Positions 10,038 through 17,918 of a stretch of DNA of 64,000 nt are shown here, in pieces. Both the position numbers and the translations under genes were made by a program. Source of the stretch: an uncultured bacterium (lineage in GTDB: Bacteria; Planctomycetota; UBA1135; GCA-002686595); NCBI GenBank assembly GCA_943787795.1, contig CALSNU010000004.1, positions 32,001 through 96,000 of the forward strand. The letters run 5' to 3'. The notes below the pieces were generated by a model. The model was given only the letters and a program-made list of their open reading frames with translations. It searched no databases and was not told the DNA's origin. How positions within the stretch are numbered: the first letter of the stretch is position 1; each line of letters starts with the position of its first letter.

Positions 10038-11417
10038 TCAGACGTGACGCTTGCGCTGGTAGGAGCTCGGGATCCCGAGTTCCTTGCGGTACTTGGCCAC
10101 CGTTCGCCGCGCGACCGCGAGGCCGGAGTCCCCCAGCGCCTCGACGATCGCCTCATCCGAGAGGGGCGCCGAGGGGTCCTCGTCATCGATCAGGTGCTTG
10201 ACCCTGATCCTCACCGCCTCCGTGGCCGCGGCCCCGCCCTCTCCCGCCGTGGATGTGGAGGTCTGGAAGAACTGACGCAGCGGGAGGATCCCGAAGGGCG
10301 TCTGCATGGACTTTCCAGCCACGGCTCGGCTGATGGTGCTGGGCGCAAGCTCGAGCTCTGCCGCGAGCTCGGTCATCGAGAGGGGGCTTAGGCCCGAGAG
10401 CCCATCGGTCATGAAGAGGGGCTGTCGGCGGATGACACCCTCGGCGACCCGCAGCAGCGTCACGCCCCTCATCTCCACCGCTTCGGCGACGGATCGAGCG
10501 CGGTCGACCTTGCCCCTCAGGTAGCCCCGAGCCTCCCCATCGAGGGCACCGCCACCGAGGAGTTCCTCCGCCATGGGGTCGATGGTGACCGACGGCAGGA
10601 GGCCCCGAACGAGCTCCACGCTCACGAGCTCCCCGTCCTTGTGGACCATCACGTCCGGCTGGATGGTGGGCGCTGCGTCCTCGGTTAGGTGCGCGGCCGG
10701 CCGGGTCTCGAGCTGGCCGAGGACGCCGAGGAGCCGGTCGAGCTCGCCGAGCTCGAGCCCGAGCTTGGCGGCCACCGACGGGCGACGGTTACGAGAGAGC
10801 TCGAAGAGGAAGTCCTCGAGGAGTGAACAGAGGAGCGCGTAGTCCCCGTCGGTTGGATCGAGCTGAAGGAGGAGCGCCTCGACCGACGAGCGCGCGCCGA
10901 TCCCGGCGGGTTCAAGCTGCTGGAGCTCTCCGATGGCTCGCCCCAGCAAGCTCCACCCTGACTCCGTCCCGGCGAGCGCGATGTCCGCGGCCACGGCGAG
11001 CGCCATCAGCTCCTCGTCGCTGTCGCCGAGCAGGCCAGATGGGTCGAGGCAGTCGACGAGGAATCGCACCCACTCCCGCAGCTCTCCCCCAGCATCCCGC
11101 GCCGCCAGCTGCTCCTCGACGGTGTCCGAGAGGGAGAGGCTCCGGTCAGGCTGAGCCATGAGCAGCGCGTGGTGGTCGTCACTGGCCCGCATGGCGGCTG
11201 CGCGCGAGCGCGAGGGCTCGAGGACTCCCCGGTCGGAGGTCAGCTCGGGACGCGGGGCCTCCACGACGAGGGCCTCGTTCCCCTCAGCCTGCTCCATGAG
11301 CCAACCCTCAAGGTCCGCTCCTGGGAGCGCGAGCACCTCGATGGCCTGCAGCATGCGCGGCGCCAGGACCATGTCCTGGCGCTGGTGCAAACCGTGATTG
11401 AGCCCGAGCTTCGCCAT
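10038..11417 (-). CDS. rpoN: RNA polymerase sigma-54 factor
   Basis: Region I (LAPRMLQAIEVL), LEPAGIGAR, HTH (STISRAV), PLSDEAI, RpoN box ARRTVAKYR. Confidence 0.97.
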   Translation of the reverse strand: MAKLGLNHGLHQRQDMVLAPRMLQAIEVLALPGADLEGWLMEQAEGNEALVVEAPRPELTSDRGVLEPSRSRAAAMRASDDHHALLMAQPDRSLSLSDTVEEQLAARDAGGELREWVRFLVDCLDPSGLLGDSDEELMALAVAADIALAGTESGWSLLGRAIGELQQLEPAGIGARSSVEALLLQLDPTDGDYALLCSLLEDFLFELSRNRRPSVAAKLGLELGELDRLLGVLGQLETRPAAHLTEDAAPTIQPDVMVHKDGELVSVELVRGLLPSVTIDPMAEELLGGGALDGEARGYLRGKVDRARSVAEAVEMRGVTLLRVAEGVIRRQPLFMTDGLSGLSPLSMTELAAELELAPSTISRAVAGKSMQTPFGILPLRQFFQTSTSTAGEGGAAATEAVRIRVKHLIDDEDPSAPLSDEAIVEALGDSGLAVARRTVAKYRKELGIPSSYQRKRHV

Positions 11418-11505
11418 CGGGGGGACTATCGGCCGATCGCGCCGAATCCCGTAGCCCCGCCTTCGCCCGTAGCCTGGCCTTCGCCCTGAGCCTGGCCCCG
11501 GCCCC

Positions 11506-12123
11506 TCAGCCCTGGCGGCGCCGGATCGCCCGGCGGTCCTCGAGGGCGTCCTCGAGGACTCCCTTGTGGAGGTACTCGATGGCGCTGCCCGCCGGCAGCC
11601 CCCTGGCGAGGCGGCTGACCGTGAGCCCCTCGACCCCCGACGATTCGAGGGCGTCGAGCACGAGCAAGGCCGTGGCCTCCCCCTCCTTGTCCGGGTCAGT
11701 GGCGAGGATCACCTCCTCGACCCTCCCCCCCTGGACCCGAGCGAGCAGCGCCTTCACGGCGAGGTGCCGCTCCTCGGTGCCGTCCGCTGGATTCAAGGCC
11801 CCCATCAGGACGTGATAGCGGCCCTTGAAGACCCCCGCCCGCTCCAGAGCCTCCACGTGACGAGGCTCCTCGACGACGGCGAGGGTGGTGGTGTCGCGCT
11901 CGGGATCCGAGCAGACCTCACAGGTCTTCCCCTCGCAGACGTTGCCGCACTCCGCGCAGCGGCGGGCGCTCTCGAGGGCCACGGCTAGGCCGTCCCGGAG
12001 GCCGCGGCCCGCGGAGGCGTCCCTCAGGACGTGGAACGTGAGGCGCTCCGCACTCACCCGGCCCACGCCAGGCAGGGCCTCAAACGCGCGGACGAGCGAC
12101 TCGACAGGGGCGGGGTAAGCCAT
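11506..12123 (-). CDS. recR: Recombination mediator RecR
   Basis: LPGVGRVSAERL HhH, C4 zinc finger, TOPRIM EVILAT..EGEATA, SRLARGLP. Confidence 0.96.
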   Translation of the reverse strand: MAYPAPVESLVRAFEALPGVGRVSAERLTFHVLRDASAGRGLRDGLAVALESARRCAECGNVCEGKTCEVCSDPERDTTTLAVVEEPRHVEALERAGVFKGRYHVLMGALNPADGTEERHLAVKALLARVQGGRVEEVILATDPDKEGEATALLVLDALESSGVEGLTVSRLARGLPAGSAIEYLHKGVLEDALEDRRAIRRRQG

Positions 12124-12154
12124 GGTGGGTAGTCAGCGGGGACGGCTCGGGCTC

Positions 12155-12478
12155 TCAGGAGAACCACGGCAGCTGAACACCGCCTGTGATCTGTGTCAGT
12201 CGCTCGATCCGCTGGCGCTTGGCTCGCGCCTGGGCGTCGCTCGTGGCCGCGAGGACGAGCTCCTCGAGCCCCGCCCGGTCCGAGGCGCGGAGCGCCTCCT
12301 CTGAGACCTGAATCCCAAGGACCTGGCCCAACCCGTCCACGGTCGCGCCGACGACACCGCCTCCGGCCGAGCCCTCGATACGAGCCTCGCCCAGCTCCTC
12401 AAGGGCCTCTCGGACCCTCCGGTCCATCTCCTGCGCCTGGGACAGCAGGTTGCCCATATCTCCGAAGGCTCCGGTCAT
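12155..12478 (-). CDS. ybaB: YbaB/EbfC nucleoid-associated protein
   Basis: MGNLLSQAQEM, EGSAGGGVV, LEELVLAA; between dnaX and recR. Confidence 0.9.
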   Translation of the reverse strand: MTGAFGDMGNLLSQAQEMDRRVREALEELGEARIEGSAGGGVVGATVDGLGQVLGIQVSEEALRASDRAGLEELVLAATSDAQARAKRQRIERLTQITGGVQLPWFS

Positions 12479-12596
12479 GGCTGATCTCTTCAGGACGCCG
12501 GGCGCCCCTCTCTGGGTCTGGTGGTCTGGGAACTACTGGCGAGTGGCGTTGTGATCTGCTGGCACGAGAGGGCGTGAGCGCCCCGGCGGCGTCCCG

Positions 12597-14444
12597 TCAG
12601 TCTTCGACCCTGCCGCCGAAGAGCTCCGTGATCTCCTGAGTGAAGCCGTCCGCGCTGCCCCCACCGCGGTGGATCTCCAGCTTGAGGGTGACCTCCTCGC
12701 CGGACACCGCCTGGAAGGCGGACTCGATGGATGACCGGGACTCGGGGCGCTCGATGAAGGCGAGCTCGGGCTCCGTGAGACCGCGGACCTTGAGCGGCGA
12801 GACGTTGTTGCTCTCGCGCACAAGCTCAGCCTTCTTGGAGAGCAGCTCGGCCAGGTCTCCCGAGCGCCGCCCAAGCTCGCGTAACAGCCCCGTCCACCGA
12901 TCCGCCGTGCTGTTCGTCTGGACCCGGGCAGCGGAGTTGCCTGCCGCCCGGCGATCGCGCGCCGACGGGGGGCGGCGATCCGGGGACGGCTGGACCCGGA
13001 CCTCGGCCTGAGCGGGGCCAGCAGAGGGCCCAGGCTCCGACGGGGCCGCGGGTCGCGGCTGAGCCCCACGCTGAGAGGGGGGCACATAGGCGCTCGAGGC
13101 CGCGACAGAGCCAGCCCCCGAAGCCTGGGGCGGCGCGGCTGCGGGGGGCGCCACCGGGGTCGATGGGCGCGGCGCAGGAGCCGGCCCTGAATGGGGATGC
13201 CCGGACTGGGTATGCCCGGACTGGGGATGCCCGGACTGGGGATGGTCCCCTTGCCCTTGTACGCCACGCGGGGACGCCGCCTGCGGCGCTCCACCGAGGC
13301 GCGCCTCGAGCGCCTCCAGCCGCCGGCACATCTCCTCGAGAGGCATGGTCGCCTCCGGCCGGCAGAGGTCCAGGAGCGTCGTCTCCAGGACGAGACGGGC
13401 GTGAGCCCGCATGTGGACCGGCCCCATGCGCTCGCGGGCATGAAGCAGCTCCTGGAGCATCAGCTCGACCCGGCCAGCTCCGAAGGACTTGGCGAGGCCG
13501 GCCATCCGCGCCCGGCTCTCGGCGCTCGCGGCCCCGGCGGCCATGGGCGCATCTTCGCCGACGAGGGCGAGGACCAGGGCGGTGCGGACGTATCCAAGCA
13601 GCGCATCGAGGAACGCCGGCTCCTCGCCTTCGCGGGCGGGGAGCGCGCCCAGCAGCGCCGGCGGATCGGCTGCGAGGATCGCGCTCAGCACGGCCTCCAC
13701 GGCCTCGCTTGTCCCCTCCCCCGCGAGCCGCTCGGTGTCCGCGATACGGGGCGACCGGCCCACCTGGGCGAGCAGTTGATCAGCGAGGGAGAGCGCGTCG
13801 CGCATTCCGCCTCTCGCGAGCCGCGCGATCTGCGCGGTGACGCCGTCCTCTGCTTCGATCTCCTCGGCGGCGAAGACCTCGTCAAGGCGAGCCTGGATCT
13901 CGGTCTCGGAGAGCGCCGAGAGGCGCAGGACCTGACACCGGGACACCACGGTGTCGGGGACCTTGTGGAGCTCCGTGGTGGCGAAGAGAAACTTGACGTG
14001 GGGCGGCGGCTCCTCGAGCGTCTTCAAGAGCGCGTTGAACGCGCTCTTGGACAGCATGTGCACCTCATCGATGAGGAACACCTTGAAGCGCGCGGCGAGA
14101 GGCACGTAGGAGGCCTGGTCTCGGAGGCCACGGACGTGATCCACGCTCGTGTTCGACGCGGCGTCAATCTCGATGAGGTCCGCCTCAGTCCCCGAGTCGT
14201 AGGCCTCGCAGCGCGCGCAGGTGCCGCACGGCTCATCGGTCGGCCCGCTCTCGCAGTTCAGCGCCTTCGCAAAGAGCCGGGCGGAGGTCGTCTTCCCCGT
14301 CCCCCTCGGCCCAAAGAAGAGGTAGGCGTGCCCGACCCGATCCTCGGCGATCGCGCCGCGGAGCGTCCGCGTCACCACGTCCTGCCCGGCCACCTCCGCG
14401 AAGGTGCGCGGGCGGTACTTTCGAGCGAGAACGAGGTAGGACAT
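12597..14444 (-). CDS. dnaX: DNA polymerase III subunit gamma/tau
   Basis: MSYLVLARKYRP, GPRGTGKTT, IDEVHMLS, NALLKTLEEPP, SRC, GGMRDALS. Confidence 0.97.
   Translation of the reverse strand: MSYLVLARKYRPRTFAEVAGQDVVTRTLRGAIAEDRVGHAYLFFGPRGTGKTTSARLFAKALNCESGPTDEPCGTCARCEAYDSGTEADLIEIDAASNTSVDHVRGLRDQASYVPLAARFKVFLIDEVHMLSKSAFNALLKTLEEPPPHVKFLFATTELHKVPDTVVSRCQVLRLSALSETEIQARLDEVFAAEEIEAEDGVTAQIARLARGGMRDALSLADQLLAQVGRSPRIADTERLAGEGTSEAVEAVLSAILAADPPALLGALPAREGEEPAFLDALLGYVRTALVLALVGEDAPMAAGAASAESRARMAGLAKSFGAGRVELMLQELLHARERMGPVHMRAHARLVLETTLLDLCRPEATMPLEEMCRRLEALEARLGGAPQAASPRGVQGQGDHPQSGHPQSGHTQSGHPHSGPAPAPRPSTPVAPPAAAPPQASGAGSVAASSAYVPPSQRGAQPRPAAPSEPGPSAGPAQAEVRVQPSPDRRPPSARDRRAAGNSAARVQTNSTADRWTGLLRELGRRSGDLAELLSKKAELVRESNNVSPLKVRGLTEPELAFIERPESRSSIESAFQAVSGEEVTLKLEIHRGGGSADGFTQEITELFGGRVED
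13192..13245. repeat. In-frame 15-bp tandem repeat in the dnaX linker
   Basis: (t)gggg/tatgcccggact about 3.5 times, encoding HPQSG-HPQSG-HTQSG-HPHSG. Confidence 0.85.
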
Positions 14445-14941
14445 CGGGGGGAGCGCCGCGCCGGCGCCGCGCTGAGGATAACGCCTCGGACCCGGATGGA
14501 AGCAGCCTTCGCCGCAGGGAGCCGAGGAGGATCTTCATTGGGCCGCAGGCGAGGGCTCCGCGGCCGTACGTCCCGGCCGTCAGCGACCGCCCGTGAACTC
14601 CGGCCCCGTGACGCCGCGCACCGCGGAGACCTCGAGGTCGCCCCTCGCGCAGGGCAGCCTCGACCCGAGGTGCCCGCCGGGATAAGGCCCCGGTGGCCTT
14701 GACAGAGATTGGCACCCGCAGCCTGCGCCGGAGGGAGCCTGGGGCCCCGCTGGGCGGCCGGGCTCCCGGCAGGCTCCTTCGACAGGCCTCCGCGCTGGGT
14801 CTTTCTGGTGGGCCCTCCCGGGCTGGGTCTCCGCGGGCGGGGTCGCTCCGGTGGGCCAGGCGCAGGGCCATGATCACTCGCCGGGTCTCCACGCCCCTCT
14901 TCCTCGGACAGAAGAACGCCGGCGAAGGGACGTTGCGCGGC

Positions 14942-14996
14942 GGTAGCCCAGGTAGCCCAGGGATCTCAGGGATCTCAGGGATCCCAGGGCATCCCG
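14942..14996. repeat. Degenerate 9-bp tandem repeat between dnaX and SRP RNA
   Basis: ggtagccca ggtagccca gggatctca gggatctca gggatccca gggcatccc. Confidence 0.75.
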
Positions 14997-15028
14997 TTGG
15001 ACCCGCCCCTCCCCGGAGGGAGAACCGC

Positions 15029-15145
15029 GCGCGCCGAAGGGCCCGGGCACCTCGCGCCTGGCGTGAGGACCTTAGGGCTGCTCCGTTCCCGGCCTGACCC
15101 GGTTCGGACCTACGCCATCGCGTGGGACCGGACCCATCGCCGCGC
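15029..15145 (-). ncRNA. ffs: Small bacterial SRP RNA (4.5S)
   Basis: Minus strand has GTCAGGCCGGGAACGGAGCAGC (SRP domain IV) at the apex of a long hairpin; conserved tadA-ffs-dnaX context; ends approximate. Confidence 0.9.
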
Positions 15146-15262
15146 ACGGTTGTTCTGTCTAACGGTTGTCCGTCTATTCGTGGGCCGACTCTTCGGCCGG
15201 CAACCTCTGGTCTCCCAGCGGCTGCCGTTGCTGCGCTGCCCCCCCCCTCCTGATGAGGGGGG

Positions 15263-15354
<92 letters not shown>

Positions 15355-15434
15355 AGTTGTCTTGTTCCCCTGCCGCGCGTGGAGGCCGGAGCCTCCGCCG
15401 CCCGTCGTCCGAGCCTGTGGCCGGGGTGGATGGA

Positions 15435-15524
15435 TGGCGGAGAGGGTGGGATTTGAACCCACGAGACCCGCAAAGGCCTACTGGTTTTCGAAACCAGCGC
15501 ATTCGGCCACTCTGCCACCTCTCC
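15435..15524 (-). tRNA. tRNA-Ser(CGA)
   Basis: GGAGAGGTG...CTGGT-TTCGAAA-ACCAG, long variable arm, GGTTCAAATCC, encoded CCA. Confidence 0.96.
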
Positions 15525-15585
15525 GCCCGGGGGTCGCGGCCTCACGGCTACGGGCCCCCTTGGACTTGTTGATGGACGCGAGCGA

Positions 15586-16107
15586 TCAGCGCTTGCTGCG
15601 GAAGAACCGCTGCAGGAGTCGCCGCGACTCCTCCGCGAGGACCCCCTCGTGGAGCTCGGCGACGTGATTCAGCCTGGGATCGGTGAGCACCGTCCCCAGG
15701 GAGGCGGCGCCCCCGAACTTGGGATCCCGCACCGACCACACCACGCGCTCGACCCGAGCATGGCTCAGGGCGCCGGCGCACATGAAGCACGGCTCCACCG
15801 TCGTGTACACGGTGGCGCCGGGGAGCCGCATGTCACCAGTCCTCTGGAAAGCGTCGCTGAGCGCGAGCATCTCCGCGTGAGCGGTGGCCTCGCCGTGGCC
15901 GCGGCAACGATTCCGGCCCGCTCCGAGGAGCGCTCCGTCCCGGACCACCACGGCCCCGATCGGTACCTCGTCCGCGTCGCGCGCTTCCTCGGCAAGCGCG
16001 AGGGCCAGCGCGATTCCGGCTCGGTCGTCGAGGAGCAGCCTCGCGCCGTGGTCCAGGACCTGTCCGCCGCTCGATCCGCCCTCGGTGCTGAGGGTCTCGT
16101 CCATCAT
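15586..16107 (-). CDS. tadA: tRNA adenosine(34) deaminase
   Basis: EVPIGAVVV, TAHAEM, TVEPCFMCAGA, DPKFG, LNH, LLQRFF. Confidence 0.93.
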   Translation of the reverse strand: MMDETLSTEGGSSGGQVLDHGARLLLDDRAGIALALALAEEARDADEVPIGAVVVRDGALLGAGRNRCRGHGEATAHAEMLALSDAFQRTGDMRLPGATVYTTVEPCFMCAGALSHARVERVVWSVRDPKFGGAASLGTVLTDPRLNHVAELHEGVLAEESRRLLQRFFRSKR

Positions 16108-16263
16108 CAGATTGTCAGAGGACCGCCGAGATGGTTGAGCGTCACCGGCGGCCTTCGAAGAGCTGGCCCGGTCCGGCCCAGGGTCCTGACCCGCCGACCT
16201 GAGGTGACTTGAGAGGGACCCGAGCGCGAGGGGGCGACCTGCCGCGGGTTGCGACGGGTTGAG

Positions 16264-16340
16264 TGGTACACCCGAGAGGATTCGAACCTCTAACCTCCTG
16301 ATCCGTAGTCAGGTGCTCTATCCAGTTGAGCTACGGGTGC
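16264..16340 (-). tRNA. tRNA-Arg(ACG)
   Basis: GCACCCGTAGCTCAACTGGATAGAGCA-CCTGA-CTACGGA-TCAGG...GGTTCGAATCC...CCA. Confidence 0.97.
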
Positions 16341-16354
16341 GTTTGCGAGGCGAG

Positions 16355-16383
16355 GTTGTAGCCACGGCCGGGGCGACCGTCAA
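16355..16383 (-). promoter_or_regulatory. Sigma70-type promoter for tRNA-Arg-tadA unit
   Basis: TTGACG-17 nt-TACAAC ending 14 nt before the tRNA 5' end. Confidence 0.55.
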
Positions 16384-16804
16384 GATTCCGCGAGGGAAAG
16401 CCGTTCGCTGCTCGTCGCCTCCGGGGCAGGCCTCGAGCCCAAGCTCCCGCCGGGCGCCGCCGCCCAGGCGGGCTCCCCAGCGCCGAGCCCCTCAGGCTCC
16501 CACTCATCCCCTGGCCCCGCAGGGCCACCCCTCGGCTCCTGAAGCTGGCCCGCCCTCCTGCCAGGGGCCCCTCTCCACCGGGCACCCGATCACGCCTCGC
16601 ATCCCCGCTGACGTCGACCCTCCGCCCAGGTCGAGCCCCACGGGCTGAGCCCTCGCACAAAGAGCCGGGCCTGGGCCCCCGTAGGGACCACGGGGTGGGA
16701 CGAGGGGGCGGCGGGCAGAGGATCGCCGCCGGGGCACCCGATCGCGCTGGAACACGGCCGAATCCAGCGTAGGATCGGAGCCCTCGCTTCCCCCCGTAGA
16801 AGAA

Positions 16805-17818
16805 ATGACCAGGACCACTCAGAGTCTGATCCGCCTCCGCGACCTGTCGGAGTCCCGCCTCGAGGACATCCTCGACCTCGCCGAACGATTCAAGGCCGGC
16901 TCCCAGCGCGCCGAGCTCGCCGGGAAGTCCGTGGGCTTCCTCTTCTTCCGCGGGTCCCTGCGAACCCGTACCTCCTTCGAGGTCGCGGTCCAGCAGCTGG
17001 GCGGCCGCGGCGTCCACCTCTCGGCAGGCTCCGACTTCTGGGAGCTGGAAGCCCGAGACGGGGTGGTCATGGACGGGACCGCCCCCGAGCACGTCCGGGA
17101 CGCCGCCGCCGTGATGTCGACCTACTGTGACGCCCTGGCCATCCGCCCGAAGCCTGCGGGGAAGGCCTGGGAAGTCGACCGGCGGGATGAGGGCATCCGC
17201 GCCTGGGCCCAGAACAGCCAGGTGCCCGTGATCAACATGGAGAGCGCGCTGTGGCACCCGCTGCAGGTCCTCGCCGACCTCTTGACCCTGCGCGAGACCT
17301 TCGGCAAGGACATCAAGGGGCGCCGGCTGGCCATCGTCTGGACGCCCTCCCCCACGCCCGCCGGCCCCGCCGTCGTGCACTCGCTCCTGCACGCGGCGCT
17401 GCGCGCCGGCGCGAGCGTCTCCCTCGCCCACCCGGCGGGCTATGAGCTCGACGGCGAGGTGCTCTCCGAGGCCCGGCAGATCGCCGCCGATGCGGAGACG
17501 TCCTTCGAGGAGGTCTCGTCCGCCGACGCGGCAGCCCGAGGCGCGGACGTGATCTACGCGCGCTCTTGGGGAGCGCTCGAGAGCTACGGTCAGCCGACCA
17601 TGGCGGCCCACCGGGTCGCGCAAAGCCGCGACTGGCTCGTGGACGAGAGCCTGATGAAGCTCGGCGATGACGCCCGCCTCATGCACCCCATGCCGGTGCG
17701 CCGCAACCTCGAGGTCACCGACGAGGTCCTCGACGGGCCGCGCAGCCTGGTCTACCGACAGGCGGCGAACAGGCTTCCCACGCAAAAGGGCCTCCTCTCG
17801 CTCCTGCTCCGCGGCTGA
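16805..17818 (+). CDS. argF: N-acyl(succinyl/acetyl)ornithine carbamoyltransferase-like protein (ArgF' family)
   Basis: SLRTRTSF, WELEARDGVVMDGTAPEH, INMES..HPLQ, PVRRNLEVTD, AANR; extended loop typical of AOTCase/SOTCase. Confidence 0.8.
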   Translation: MTRTTQSLIRLRDLSESRLEDILDLAERFKAGSQRAELAGKSVGFLFFRGSLRTRTSFEVAVQQLGGRGVHLSAGSDFWELEARDGVVMDGTAPEHVRDAAAVMSTYCDALAIRPKPAGKAWEVDRRDEGIRAWAQNSQVPVINMESALWHPLQVLADLLTLRETFGKDIKGRRLAIVWTPSPTPAGPAVVHSLLHAALRAGASVSLAHPAGYELDGEVLSEARQIAADAETSFEEVSSADAAARGADVIYARSWGALESYGQPTMAAHRVAQSRDWLVDESLMKLGDDARLMHPMPVRRNLEVTDEVLDGPRSLVYRQAANRLPTQKGLLSLLLRG

Positions 17819-17918
17819 CTCCCTGTGATCGTCTCGGGGTCATTGCCGCTCCCTGACCTCGAGACCTGCTCGCCCCGGCTCCCCGGCTCCCGCCCACCAC
17901 CCCAAAGCCCCCCGCATC

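Noticed and set aside
12597..14444. Programmed -1 frameshift or slippage site in dnaX
   Set aside because: No A AAA AAG heptamer or long A run seen.
14445..15028. Possible small gene between dnaX and SRP RNA
   Set aside because: Candidate ORFs are low-complexity, overlap ffs or tRNA, and lack recognisable motifs.
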